From positions 77,820 to 141,819 of the forward strand of contig CAYLJV010000004.1 of assembly GCA_964384105.1 (NCBI GenBank): DNA of 64,000 nt, read 5' to 3'. The position numbers and the translations under genes were made by a program. The first letter of the stretch is position 1, and each line of letters begins with the position of its first letter. Source of the stretch: Candidatus Hadarchaeota archaeon (lineage in GTDB: Archaea; Hadarchaeota; Hadarchaeia; Hadarchaeales; JAGGTB01). Of the stretch, positions 9,800 through 20,291 are shown in pieces. The notes below the pieces were generated by a model. The model made no database searches. It had not been told where the DNA came from and was given only the letters and a program-made list of their open reading frames with translations.

Positions 9800-11683
9800 T
9801 CAAGTTTCTGAGTCTTGAACTTTTGGCTTATTTAGCTGTACTTCAAATCTGGATCCACCTAGTTCCGATTCTTTAAAGTTTATAGTTCCATTGTAACTCT
9901 CAATTATCTTTTTTACTAGGGCTAATCCAATTCCTGAGCCGGCCGTTTCTCCACATTTGAATCCTTTGTCAAAGATTCTATCTTTTATACCGTCAGGGAT
10001 TCCTTTACCATCGTCCTCTATTACGACCATGCATTGTTCTGGTGATCTTTTTGTAGAGATTTTGATTATTTCACAATCTGCATGCTTGATTGAGTTTTCT
10101 ACAAGGTTGGAGAATAGCTCCTCTAATAGTGGACCTGCTAAAATTTCGCAGTCTTTATTATCATATTTAATCTTTGTACCTTCATCATCGGCTTGATCTT
10201 CATATTTCTGGACAACTCTTCTTATTACTGAAGAAACATCAATTTTGTCGACTTTGCTTTTGTCTACTTTTCGAAGAGTTCTAATTTTCTCTATGAGGTT
10301 GTTACCCTCCCTGCTCGCCTTTCGAGCTTTTTTAACGTATTCCTCTGCCCCCTCAGGTAAATCGAAATTTCTTAACAGCTCGTGATATCCTTCGATGATC
10401 TGAATTTTATTCTTGAGATCATGTCTTAGAAGCGAATGAAGGAATTCTTCCTTTTCCTTTGTTTTTCTTTTCTCCGAAGCAATTAACGCCTTTTCATAAT
10501 TGGATATGAGGTTTGATTTCATGGAATCGAGTTTCTGAATCTTTTTACGTTTTTTGCCAAGCAATGCGGCTGTTATGATTATTGGAACTGCCAGACCACC
10601 TACAAAGAAGGATACAACTAGGGGGAGAGCATTCGATAAGAAGGAAAACCCACGGAAGTAGATTACAGTCAAAACCGCAAAAATTGAGATGCCAAAGATC
10701 CATGAAGCCAAACTAAATTTTAACATACGTCTTGCGTAGGTCCACTGAGAAGTTAGTAGTTCCTCGAGTTTTCCTTTCGTTGCTTTTAATCTATTTTTTA
10801 TATCCTCTGGGTTACTTTTCCTTATTTCTTCAGACTCTAAGTTTCCTATCTCTCTATGTTCCTCTATTATCTCTTTTTTGGGACTTTCTGAGAGTTGTTG
10901 CTCAAGTATTTTTTCTATTTTCTTATTTTCTGTGATATCTTGAGCTAACAAAAGAGTCTCGTCTGATCCTAATATTACCTGCTTAAATAAAATGAATTGA
11001 GCATCTTTCTTTTCCTTGGGGGTTATCTTGATTTCTTTTTGTTCACTGTTGGGATTTCCGGATATTACTTCAAATTCTTTATTTTGAATTTCTTTCTTGT
11101 TTTTGTTTGAAGGATTGTTTTCAAGCCAGCTATACAAGTTTCCTAAATCTTCTGTTCCCAAACCCAGCATTTCATCCATTTTTGAGTTGAAGATTTTTAC
11201 ATTATCTTTTGATCCGCATATCACTATTCCTATTTCAGCGTTTTCGATTGTTTTTCTGTATCTTTTTTCTGATTTTTGGATTTCTTTTTGGGCTCGATGT
11301 CTTTCTACTGCCTGAAATATTGCATGTTTTAATTCTCCGTATTGTGCCTTTTGGTCTCCGCCTTTCTGGATATATTGATCGGCTCCGAGATTGAGGGCTT
11401 TCATCGCTACCTCTTCCCGACCTTTTCCGGTGAAGATGATGAATGGGATATTGCTGTTTTTTTCCTTCCTTAAGATTCTCAGAAATTCAAGGCCGTCAAT
11501 CTCGGACATTTGATAGTCAGATATTATAGCGTCGTATCTTTCATTTTTTAGAAGCTCTAAACTTTTTTCCACGGAGCTCTCAGTTTCTACATTTATTTCC
11601 TTCTCTCCTTTTTCTATGTACAGCTTTGCTTGTTCCAGTAAATCTGGTTCGTCGTCTACAAAAAGTACTCTCAATCTAACCAA
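9800..11683 (-). CDS. Hybrid response regulator / sensor histidine kinase (REC-PAS-2TM-HisKA-HATPase)
   Basis: VDDE/ISDY/FTGKG receiver; LRHDLKN H-box; NLVENS, DDGKG and GSGIGL boxes. Confidence 0.9.
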   Translation of the reverse strand: MVRLRVLFVDDEPDLLEQAKLYIEKGEKEINVETESSVEKSLELLKNERYDAIISDYQMSEIDGLEFLRILRKEKNSNIPFIIFTGKGREEVAMKALNLGADQYIQKGGDQKAQYGELKHAIFQAVERHRAQKEIQKSEKRYRKTIENAEIGIVICGSKDNVKIFNSKMDEMLGLGTEDLGNLYSWLENNPSNKNKKEIQNKEFEVISGNPNSEQKEIKITPKEKKDAQFILFKQVILGSDETLLLAQDITENKKIEKILEQQLSESPKKEIIEEHREIGNLESEEIRKSNPEDIKNRLKATKGKLEELLTSQWTYARRMLKFSLASWIFGISIFAVLTVIYFRGFSFLSNALPLVVSFFVGGLAVPIIITAALLGKKRKKIQKLDSMKSNLISNYEKALIASEKRKTKEKEEFLHSLLRHDLKNKIQIIEGYHELLRNFDLPEGAEEYVKKARKASREGNNLIEKIRTLRKVDKSKVDKIDVSSVIRRVVQKYEDQADDEGTKIKYDNKDCEILAGPLLEELFSNLVENSIKHADCEIIKISTKRSPEQCMVVIEDDGKGIPDGIKDRIFDKGFKCGETAGSGIGLALVKKIIESYNGTINFKESELGGSRFEVQLNKPKVQDSET

Positions 11684-11794
11684 TGAATGGTTTTAGTATT
11701 ATTGAGTTATTAATTTCATTATCTCGAAGCAGCTACAGAGTTATTTTTGGGGGAAGAGCTCTTGATAACTGCTGATTGGAATTATATTTGAATA

Positions 11795-12457
11795 TTACTT
11801 GTTTTTCAGCTTTATAGATAACCAACTTATCAGAGTCACCAGCAGAGCTGTAACAACGGAGAACAATAATTTTCCTTTCAACCCTCCGGATTCTCTAATG
11901 AAGGAGATCATATCGTATATGCCTGCGCCGATGTAGTAAGCAGGAAATGCTAATATTATCGGCAAAAGTTTACATAACAGATTTTTCCGATTTTGAGATG
12001 CTAGGTAACCATTGAGATATATCATAGGCCCAGAAAATAGAAGGAACAACCAGAGTGATCCGGTGAAATTTTCATAGATTAATATATGTCCAAAGTCCGG
12101 TGTTAGTCCACCAGGATTTGATGTTACTCCAATTATAGGAAGGATGATAAATATTCCAATTGTTCCAATTATCGTTATAATAAATCCGAGAGATAGAATT
12201 AACTGAGCACGAGATTCCTCTCTTTTGATGATTCTATTCAAGGGGTAAAATAAAATTAGTACTGAGGCTATCGAGCCTACGAAAAATTGTCTTAGCGGCT
12301 CCTCGAGGATGTAACTTGGCGCATTTTGTGGCGAGTTTAACTTTATCCACCCATAGCTCAGTAGGAGGTAGATAGAGCTTATAACCACTGCTATTAGTAA
12401 AGAGATGATTACTATCCTAGATTTCAAAATGGTTTGACTTTCTTTTTGATTTTTCAT
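11795..12457 (-). CDS. Hypothetical multi-pass membrane protein
   Basis: About six hydrophobic segments. Confidence 0.7.
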   Translation of the reverse strand: MKNQKESQTILKSRIVIISLLIAVVISSIYLLLSYGWIKLNSPQNAPSYILEEPLRQFFVGSIASVLILFYPLNRIIKREESRAQLILSLGFIITIIGTIGIFIILPIIGVTSNPGGLTPDFGHILIYENFTGSLWLFLLFSGPMIYLNGYLASQNRKNLLCKLLPIILAFPAYYIGAGIYDMISFIRESGGLKGKLLFSVVTALLVTLISWLSIKLKNK

Positions 12458-12621
12458 TTTCTCAGTTTGTTATTTTTTAGATATCTAAAGTGCGGAAGTG
12501 GTATTTGAAGGTTGGTGTTTTCTTTTTTAAGGGAAGTTATTTTTACTTTTTGTTTCGTCTTGGATACAAAGTTTATAATCAGAGTTCTTCATAAACTTCG
12601 TAGAATAGTAGGTGAACATAA

Positions 12622-13923
12622 ATGCCAACTTCCTCTAAGCGAGTTTTCGGTTTTGTTATAGTGCTGATACTTGCTTCTGCCTTGACTGTGGGGTATGCTT
12701 TAGATAGTTATCTTATTTCAGAAGATAGTGATGAGATAAGTAAGGCTCAATTCCTATATTCTAACTTTTCGAGAGAGGAAGAGCCAAATGTTACAGAAGA
12801 GGTACTCTCTGAATTAGTCGGCGGAAATAATCAATTCGTTTTCGATTTGTACCAAGAAATTTTGGATGAAGATGGTAATCTTTTCTATTCGCCGTACAGT
12901 ATTTCTTTAGCATTAGCCATGACTTATGCAGGGGCGAGAGGCGAGACCGAAGGGCAGATGTCAGATGTTCTCAATTTCACCTTATCTCAAAACGATTTAC
13001 ATCCCGCTTTCAATGCGCTAGACCAACAGTTGACTGGTAAGGAAAAACCCGAAAATTTCGAACTAAATATCGCAAATGCTTTTTGGGGCCAAGAAAATTA
13101 CCATTTTGAGGAAGCTTATTTGGATACCCTTGCCAGGAATTACGGAGCGGGTATTGGCATTCTTGATTTTATGGGGGAACCAGAGGAAAGTCGAGAAATT
13201 ATAAATGAGTGGGTTGAAGCTAAAACTGAAAATAAAATTGAGGATCTGCTTCCAAAAGGTTCGATTAGTCCCGCAACTAGGGCAGTTCTTACAAATGCTA
13301 TATACTTCCTTGCTAAGTGGCAGAACCCCTTTCAAGAATCGAACACAGAGGATGGAAAGTTTACTCTCTTGAATGGTGAAGAAGTTAACGTGCCGATGAT
13401 GTTTCAATCGAGTAAATTTAGATATGCTGAGGGAGGCTCATACAAAGCAGTTGAGTTACAATATAATGTGGAAGATATGTCCATGTTAGTTGTATTGCCG
13501 GAAAGAGGCTCGTTCTCGGATTTTGAAAAGTCTCTTAATAGCGACTGGCTAGGCGACATTATTAGCAATTTGGAAACTAAAGAGGTAGAGCTCAAGATGC
13601 CAAAATTTGAGTTCGAAAAAAGTTTGAACCTGTCAAAGACTCTCATCAAGATGGGTATGCCAGTTGCCTTCAGTCCTGACGCTGATTTTTCAGGGATTAC
13701 AGGGGATAGATCTTTGTTAATAGACGAAGTATTTCACAAAGCGTTTGTATCTGTAGATGAAAAGGGAACAGAAGCTGCGGCTGCTACCGCTGTTGTTATG
13801 AGAGAGACTTCGGTTATGCCTACCGTTGAGCTATCGTTAGATAGTCCATTCATTTTCATGATACGAGACAATGAGACGGGTACTATCCTCTTTGCTGGAC
13901 GGGTTCTGAATCCAAATGCGTAA
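12622..13923 (+). CDS. Secreted serpin (serine protease inhibitor)
   Basis: SPYSISLAL, NAIYF..W, hinge EKGTEAAAAT, PFIFMIRD...ILFAGRV; N-terminal anchor. Confidence 0.96.
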   Translation: MPTSSKRVFGFVIVLILASALTVGYALDSYLISEDSDEISKAQFLYSNFSREEEPNVTEEVLSELVGGNNQFVFDLYQEILDEDGNLFYSPYSISLALAMTYAGARGETEGQMSDVLNFTLSQNDLHPAFNALDQQLTGKEKPENFELNIANAFWGQENYHFEEAYLDTLARNYGAGIGILDFMGEPEESREIINEWVEAKTENKIEDLLPKGSISPATRAVLTNAIYFLAKWQNPFQESNTEDGKFTLLNGEEVNVPMMFQSSKFRYAEGGSYKAVELQYNVEDMSMLVVLPERGSFSDFEKSLNSDWLGDIISNLETKEVELKMPKFEFEKSLNLSKTLIKMGMPVAFSPDADFSGITGDRSLLIDEVFHKAFVSVDEKGTEAAAATAVVMRETSVMPTVELSLDSPFIFMIRDNETGTILFAGRVLNPNA

Positions 13924-14006
13924 TTATGCGGAGTTTTGCTAATTTAGGACTGAACCCCGGGATTTAAAGGGAAGAAGAACGTTTAAGGACAAAACGGAGA
14001 AACAAA

Positions 14007-14135
14007 ATGCCATGGGAAAAAGCATCTAAATTTTACAGGCAAAGAAAAAAAGAGGCTTACAGTCGTATCAGGCAGGAAGACCTTTTCCAAGAGTTCAAGG
14101 AGTTTATTGACTGGAGAACCAATCAGGCAATGTGA
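14007..14135 (+). CDS. Possible 42-aa small ORF or gene fragment
   Basis: MPWEKASKFYRQRKKEAYSRIRQEDLFQEFKEFIDWRTNQAM, preceded by GGAG. Confidence 0.3.
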   Translation: MPWEKASKFYRQRKKEAYSRIRQEDLFQEFKEFIDWRTNQAM

Positions 14136-14222
14136 TGATTAATTGTTCTTTTCTGTTTAGAATGCTATTGTTACTGTTAGAAAATTACTTCTAATTTTGT
14201 TTTTGATTTGCATATATTGTTC

Positions 14223-15899
14223 TCAAAAGTTTTTATTTGCTTTTTTGTCCTTTTGAATGGCTTTGTAGACGCTGTAACCCCCACTAAGATTTGAGGCCTC
14301 GTATCCCTTTTGGGTTAGCATCCTGTTTGCTATATATGATCTCAAACCGATTCCACAATAACTCACAATTTTCTTGTCTTCTGGTATCTCGTCAATCCTG
14401 TTCCTGAGCTCGTGTAGGGGAATGTGGATCGAATTTTCGATCTGTCCCTCTTTTAACTCTGATTGCTTTCTAACGTCCAAAATAGTAGTGTTTTCTTTAT
14501 CTAAAGAATCTAGATCGTGCCAGTGAACTATGTCCATCATATCGTTGATTATGTTCCCAGCCACGTAACCTGCCATGTTAACGGGATCCTTTGCTGCAGA
14601 ATATGGTGGTGCATAGGCTAGTTCAAGTTCCTGCAGGTCGAATACAGTCTTTTCGAACCTTATTGCGTTTGCTAAAACATCTATTCGTTTGTCTACTCCC
14701 TCTTTTCCTACTATCTGAGCTCCGTATAGTCTTCCATTTCTCGGATCAAAGATTACTTTTATAGTCATCTTTTTCGCGCCGGGATAGTAGCCGACGTGAG
14801 ATCTGGATATTGTGAAAGATTTTTCGTAGTTGATACCTTTCCTTTTGAGTGTTTTTTCGTTCATTCCAGTGGACGCTACTGTTAGGTCAAAAACTTTTGT
14901 TATGAACGTTCCTTGAGTGCCTTTGTATTTTTCTTTCTGTCCGGCGATATTATTGGCTACAATTCGCCCCTGTTTATTCGCAGGGCCTGCCAAGGGAATA
15001 TAGCAAGGTTCTCCATCAACTTTGTGTTTTATCTCAATAGCGTCACCTATAGCGTAAATATCGGGATCGGAGGTCTCTAAATATTCGTTTACTTTAATTC
15101 CTCTTACTTCTCCTATTTCTAAACCTGCCTTCTCGGCGAGTTCAGTTTCTGGCCTGACCCCTATTGCCAGGATTATAATGTCGGATTTCAGTTTTTTACC
15201 GCTCTCCAGAACTACTTTCGATTCTCCGTCTTCCCTTTTGAAAGATTTAACTCCATCTTCGAGGTGAAGATCTATGTCTTTTTCCCTAAGATGGTTGTGT
15301 ATTTTGACTGCCATGTCGTAGTCCAATGGGGGCATAACTTGGTCCATCATCTCTACTAAAGAAACGTTTAAACCGGCATTTTTGAGATTCTCTGTCATCT
15401 CTAGGCCAATGAACCCCCCTCCTACCACTACAGCTTTTTGAACCTTCTCCGATTCTACAAGTTTCTTGATAGAATCAGTATCAGGTATATCTCTGAGAGT
15501 AAAGAGGTTATCAACTTCATCTATTCCTTCGATAGGTGGCTTTAATGGCTCAGCTCCCGGGGAAAGGACGAGTTTATCGTAATCTTCGAAATAAGTTTTA
15601 TTGTTTTTTAGATCCTTGACTTTTACTTTCTTTTTCTCCGGGTCTATGTCTACTACTTCATTGTTGACTCTTACATCAACGTTGAACCGGGTTTCTATCG
15701 ATTTGGGTGTTCGGATTATCAGGTTTTCTCTATTCTCAATTTTATTTCCAATATAGTAAGGGAGACCACAATTTGCGAAAGAGACGTATTCTCCTTTTTC
15801 AAATATTATTATCTCAGCGTTTTCTTTCAATCTTCTTAGACGCGCTGCTGCGGTGGCCCCGCCTGCGACTCCACCAACGATCAGAATCTTCTCAGACAT
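14223..15899 (-). CDS. cdr: CoA-disulfide/persulfide reductase with C-terminal rhodanese domain
   Basis: GGVAGG FAD motif, SFANCGLPY, GGGFIG, YAPPYS, YCGIGLRS rhodanese; start moved to MSEKIL. Confidence 0.93.
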   Translation of the reverse strand: MSEKILIVGGVAGGATAAARLRRLKENAEIIIFEKGEYVSFANCGLPYYIGNKIENRENLIIRTPKSIETRFNVDVRVNNEVVDIDPEKKKVKVKDLKNNKTYFEDYDKLVLSPGAEPLKPPIEGIDEVDNLFTLRDIPDTDSIKKLVESEKVQKAVVVGGGFIGLEMTENLKNAGLNVSLVEMMDQVMPPLDYDMAVKIHNHLREKDIDLHLEDGVKSFKREDGESKVVLESGKKLKSDIIILAIGVRPETELAEKAGLEIGEVRGIKVNEYLETSDPDIYAIGDAIEIKHKVDGEPCYIPLAGPANKQGRIVANNIAGQKEKYKGTQGTFITKVFDLTVASTGMNEKTLKRKGINYEKSFTISRSHVGYYPGAKKMTIKVIFDPRNGRLYGAQIVGKEGVDKRIDVLANAIRFEKTVFDLQELELAYAPPYSAAKDPVNMAGYVAGNIINDMMDIVHWHDLDSLDKENTTILDVRKQSELKEGQIENSIHIPLHELRNRIDEIPEDKKIVSYCGIGLRSYIANRMLTQKGYEASNLSGGYSVYKAIQKDKKANKNF

Positions 15900-16074
15900 T
15901 TTTCTCACTAGAAGCCTAAGATTGGGCATCCTTTTTTCTGAAGCAGATGTTCCCACTCTTATGCTTATATTCGAATATTCTAATCTTTTAATATATACTT
16001 TTTGTTTTTAACGAGCTTTCCGTGAATTGGAGATAGTAATTCGTAAAGAATAGTATAGCGAGTTTCAGTTCTTT

Positions 16075-16926
16075 CTATTTACTTAAAACTCCTAAAGAAC
16101 AGTAGCCTACGACTTGCCCGGTTGGTCCGGCAGTGTCCCCACTGGTAGCGTATTTGAATAATTCTGCTTTGTTTGCCCCCAGCTCTTTAGAAGCAACGAT
16201 CATGGCAGCCACGGGTCCATAACCACAGACGCTCATATTTTTCCTTGAAACCGTTTCGAGGAGCCCTTTCCAGTCGAGATTTTTTATTTTCTCTATAGCT
16301 TCCCGGTCCTTTGATTCGGCCATTCGTTGAGGTTCGTAGTGGGTGAGGTCGGTGGAGGCGATAATTAGAATTTCTTCTCCTTCGATAATTTCTCCGATTG
16401 CTTCCCCTAGGTCCCTGCTTGTTTCGGTGCTTTGCTTTTTCATACAGATTGGAACTATGGTGAAGTCTTCGTCGAATAAGTATTGCAAAAATGGGAGTTG
16501 AACTTCCAGAGAGTGTTCGTTTAAGTGAGCGGAGGAATCAAGCTCTGCGGTCTCCGATTCTTCCAGAATTTTGTCCCTGAGACTGTCGTCGATTTCGATT
16601 TGTCCTAAAGGCGTTTCCCACAGGTCCGAAGAATCGACTGAAACTTCAGGTCCCATTCCCGAGTGATTCGGTCCTATGATTATAACTGAGTCTGGTTTTC
16701 CGTCTTCTGCCAGTTTCGAAAATCCGTGAGCGGCAACCGGCCCTGAATAGGGGTAGCCGGCGTGGGGTGATACCAGTCCTATTATCTCTCTGGGACCCTT
16801 TTGGACCTCTGGAATGGGTCCCGGTCCATGTTCGTGTTTGAAACAGTCCTCTATCTGAGCGGTTAGATTAGACTTGGAACCACCGTAAAAACGACCAGCG
16901 ACAGCGGGATATCTTATATCTGGCAT
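16075..16926 (-). CDS. MEMO1 family protein (AmmeMemoRadiSam protein B)
   Basis: PAVAGRFY, PHAGY.YSG, GPNH, EHSLEVQLPFL, STDLTHYE, CGYG. Confidence 0.93.
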   Translation of the reverse strand: MPDIRYPAVAGRFYGGSKSNLTAQIEDCFKHEHGPGPIPEVQKGPREIIGLVSPHAGYPYSGPVAAHGFSKLAEDGKPDSVIIIGPNHSGMGPEVSVDSSDLWETPLGQIEIDDSLRDKILEESETAELDSSAHLNEHSLEVQLPFLQYLFDEDFTIVPICMKKQSTETSRDLGEAIGEIIEGEEILIIASTDLTHYEPQRMAESKDREAIEKIKNLDWKGLLETVSRKNMSVCGYGPVAAMIVASKELGANKAELFKYATSGDTAGPTGQVVGYCSLGVLSK

Positions 16927-17114
16927 GTGAATCCCCATCCTTTGCAAGCTTGGTAATCATTTATTACTATTTCCTATTCAAGTTTTCTCAGTATTTTTTA
17001 GCTATCTACGGCCAGTTGGTTGAGTGAAATAAGTTCGACGATTTGTTCTAAATATGAGTTATCTGTTAGACCTGAAATAAAAGAAAGTAAAAAGAAGAAG
17101 AGATAGGGGAATAT

Positions 17115-17882
17115 TTATTCTATCGCTGATTTTGTTTCTGGTAGTATCTGGCCGCCGTCTACGATGATGGTCTGGCCGGTAATGTAGGATGCCTCGTCGG
17201 AGGCTAGGAATGCCATTGCGTGGCCGATATCTTCTGGTTCACCCATTCGTTTCATTGGTATTGACTCCGCCTGATCCTCGATGTGGCCCTCTAACTGCTC
17301 CTTGTAACCTTCTGTGAGAATATTTCCTGGCTCGACGCCGTTCACGTTAATATTGTACTGGGCGAGTTCCAAGCCTGCAGCTTTTATGAAACCGTTTATT
17401 CCAGCCTTGCTCGCGGCGTAGTGGGCTAGTTTGGGGTAAGCGGTTCTGGGCCCGGTTATAGAGGAAGTTATGACAATTTTTCCATAATTCTGCTCGATCA
17501 TGTAGGGGAGTACCGCTTTAACGCTCAGGAATGTTCCCTTCAAGTTAATATCGAGAACCTTATCCCAGTCCTCCTCCGTCATCTCCTGGAGGCTGACCTC
17601 GGGGTAAATCCCAACATTATTACACAGAATATCCACACTACCGTACTCCTCGTTGCAAGTACTCGCCGCTTCTTCCATATCTTCCATTTTTGTGACATTC
17701 GCCTGAATGTAAGTTGCCTCGTATCCCTCATCTTCTATCTCTTCAGCCGTCTTCCTCGCCAACTCTTCTTCCAAATCTACCGCCAGAACTTTCGCTCCTT
17801 CCCTTGCAAAAACCTTAGCAATACCACGACCAATACCTCTACCAGCACCAGTCACGATAGCACTCTTGTCCTTGAGTCTAAT
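17115..17882 (-). CDS. SDR-family oxidoreductase (FabG-like), probable ATT start
   Basis: TGAGRGIG, YAASK; (M)RLKDKSAIVTG follows SD GAGGTGA, with an in-frame TAG just before the ATT. Confidence 0.92.
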   Translation of the reverse strand: MRLKDKSAIVTGAGRGIGRGIAKVFAREGAKVLAVDLEEELARKTAEEIEDEGYEATYIQANVTKMEDMEEAASTCNEEYGSVDILCNNVGIYPEVSLQEMTEEDWDKVLDINLKGTFLSVKAVLPYMIEQNYGKIVITSSITGPRTAYPKLAHYAASKAGINGFIKAAGLELAQYNINVNGVEPGNILTEGYKEQLEGHIEDQAESIPMKRMGEPEDIGHAMAFLASDEASYITGQTIIVDGGQILPETKSAIE

Positions 17883-17994
17883 CTAAATCACCTCTCGGTT
17901 ATTAAAATCTCGAAATCTTATAAAAATTGTTTCAATACTTGCTTTTATTTAAGTAGAATAAACTAACTATTTGGAGCTGGACCGATCATATATT

Positions 17995-18068
17995 GGGCCC
18001 GTGGTCTAGTTGGCTATGACGTCGCCTTTACGAGGCGAAAATCGAGGGTTCGAATCCCTCCGGGCCCA
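17995..18068 (+). tRNA. tRNA-Val(TAC)
   Basis: Acceptor GGGCCCG/CGGGCCC, anticodon arm TCGCC-TTTACGA-GGCGA, TTCGAAT T-loop. Confidence 0.96.
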
Positions 18069-18251
18069 CTCCAACCTTTTACTTCCTCCGATCGCAAAAC
18101 GTTGACGAAAATATTCATCTCTCTCTGGCGAAAGATCGATGTATTGGTTGGCTCAGTTGGCTTACCTTACTCGTGAAAAAACCGAATCAATAAGGATAAA
18201 ATCCTTATGTCTTAGACCATCTTTTCTACCATAGAAGGAAGAGGGGATATT

Positions 18252-19427
18252 ATGGCTAAAGTAGAATATTTCAAAGCTAAGGACATAATGGGTGAAAAAT
18301 TACCCCACGCAGAACCCAACGATACCGTTTCTGACGTAATCGGGCTTATGATGAAGTATAATCTAGAAGAAGTTCCTGTAGTCCAAGATGGCCAAGTGGT
18401 CGGGGTGTTAAGCGACACTCTGTTCACAGAACGAAGAAATCTGTCGTTTTCTACAAAGCTCGAAAATGTCATTCACAGAGGACCAAGCGTTGACGAAGAT
18501 GACTCGATAGTTGATGTCAGTGAGTTGTTGCTTTCTTCCGACTATCGTGGCGTACCTGTGACTTCAAAATCAGGGGTCTACATAGGCTTTTTGACTAGAA
18601 AAAACCTAACAGAGGTCATACCCAAACTGGGTGAACTGAAAAAAACAATGGTAAAAGAATTTATGACCCCTTCACCCGCAACTATCCAAAGTCATGAGGA
18701 TATCACCAAGGCGAAGGCATTGATGGAAGAATACGATGTGAGAGTTCTACCGGTTGTAGACAAGCGCGGCAAGCTTCTTGGCATGGTTGGTATAAAGGAC
18801 TTCATGGAAGAGGGATTCTGGCCGATGAAGTCGAGGATGAGTAGACAAGAAAAAGGAGATAGAACGGGTGAGAGAGAGTCACAAGAGATAGAAGTCCAGA
18901 GCATAATGTCTGAACCGCCTATCACCACTGACCCCGATTCAACGATACACGATGCTGCGGAGAAAATGATCGAGCACGATATATCCACTCTTGTCGTCAC
19001 TAAAAATGATGAAATAATCGGAGTATTAACCCGATACGACTTGATAGAGATTCTCGCCAGTTTCAGAGAGAAAAAAGAGGTCTACGTACAGATAAATGGA
19101 GTGGAAGAAGGGGGGCCTGAGGTTTACGATCAGATGTATGATCTTATTCAAGGCTTTTTGGAAAAAATCAACAAAGTCCTCAAACCCTTAGTTTTGAACG
19201 TTCACGTCGTTTCTCATCGAAAAGAGGGTACCCAGAGAAAGTATAGTGTAAGATTGCGTCTATCCACAGACCACGGAATGCTTTACGCCAAAGAAATCGA
19301 TTGGAACATGATGAAAGCTCTTGATGATGCTCTCGATAGTTTGAAAAAGAGGATCTTCCAAAAGAAGGAGAAAAGAATCGATAGACGAATGCATCCAAAA
19401 TATCAGAAGCACCAATCAGAAAATTAG
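18252..19427 (+). CDS. Four-CBS-domain protein with C-terminal HPF/RaiA-like domain (putative ribosome hibernation factor)
   Basis: Two CBS pairs, then LNVHV...KYSVRLRL..MLYAKE.DWNM.KALDDALDSLKKRI. Confidence 0.8.
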   Translation: MAKVEYFKAKDIMGEKLPHAEPNDTVSDVIGLMMKYNLEEVPVVQDGQVVGVLSDTLFTERRNLSFSTKLENVIHRGPSVDEDDSIVDVSELLLSSDYRGVPVTSKSGVYIGFLTRKNLTEVIPKLGELKKTMVKEFMTPSPATIQSHEDITKAKALMEEYDVRVLPVVDKRGKLLGMVGIKDFMEEGFWPMKSRMSRQEKGDRTGERESQEIEVQSIMSEPPITTDPDSTIHDAAEKMIEHDISTLVVTKNDEIIGVLTRYDLIEILASFREKKEVYVQINGVEEGGPEVYDQMYDLIQGFLEKINKVLKPLVLNVHVVSHRKEGTQRKYSVRLRLSTDHGMLYAKEIDWNMMKALDDALDSLKKRIFQKKEKRIDRRMHPKYQKHQSEN

Positions 19428-19949
19428 CAAGAAATTTCATAAAAAGACTAAAATTTATCTTTTTTTATTTTGATCGTAATTTCAAAAAAAAATCACCAAT
19501 TCTTTTAGTAGTGATTTCGAGCAATTTAGTAAATTGCTTCTTTACTCTTTACTTGTATTATTTGAAAAAAGAATACTATATATCTACCTAAAAACCTGGA
19601 GAACATAATTTTATGTTATTTTAGAATTCTAAGCAAGATATTGCTACAGAGAGAGTAAGATTTTTCAAGTTACTGAAATCCCCAATATAAATGATAGTAG
19701 CTATAACGATTGGAGCGATATTTGGATTTAATATCGGTCACCAATAATTTGAGAATGAATTCGAATTGACTGTAATCATTCTAAACAGTTTCGAATTAAA
19801 AAATTTCACCGACTATTGTTACGGGTTACAGGAGAAATAGGTAAACTATTGCCGTTTCTAACATAAGAAAAATGGACTTACGATATTAGTAATTCAAAAA
19901 TAAAAAAAGAAAGAGAAGTTAGTTTTCGATTTTATCTTGCTTTAGATTC

Positions 19950-20291
19950 CTAATCGGAGACATTCCATAAAGGTGAGTAGTTATCGTCTCCCGGGGCTGC
20001 ATGCCACGCACCTGGGCTTCCTGCACCGTTTCCGTTAGTGGCATTAATGGGTACGGATATGAAGATGTCGCCTGGTCCATGTTGACCCGCTTTACCGGGT
20101 AGTATGGAGTAATCTCCACCATAAATCGGGAACGTATTAGGGTTGTGCATCCCCACCGTTTCGTTCAATACTGGGCAAACGAATACATCCACCTTCTCTG
20201 GTTGATCTGCCGCCGCTGTGGGAGCTGCTGCCGAAGCCATTAACAGGCCGAAAGCAAATACGGATAGCAAAGCTATTATTTTTCCTCTCAA
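19950..20291 (-). CDS. Secreted hypothetical protein
   Basis: GGAGGTGA SD plus TTG; Sec signal peptide; His/Cys-containing mature part. Confidence 0.75.
   Translation of the reverse strand: MRGKIIALLSVFAFGLLMASAAAPTAAADQPEKVDVFVCPVLNETVGMHNPNTFPIYGGDYSILPGKAGQHGPGDIFISVPINATNGNGAGSPGAWHAAPGDDNYSPLWNVSD

Noticed and set aside
15967-15978. Palindrome ATATTCGAATAT upstream of cdr
   Set aside because: Plausible operator, but short, AT-rich, single-copy and with no adjacent regulator.
6913-18068. tRNA-anchored integrated element (attL/attR)
   Set aside because: No duplicated tRNA 3' end or intact integrase was noticed in the window.
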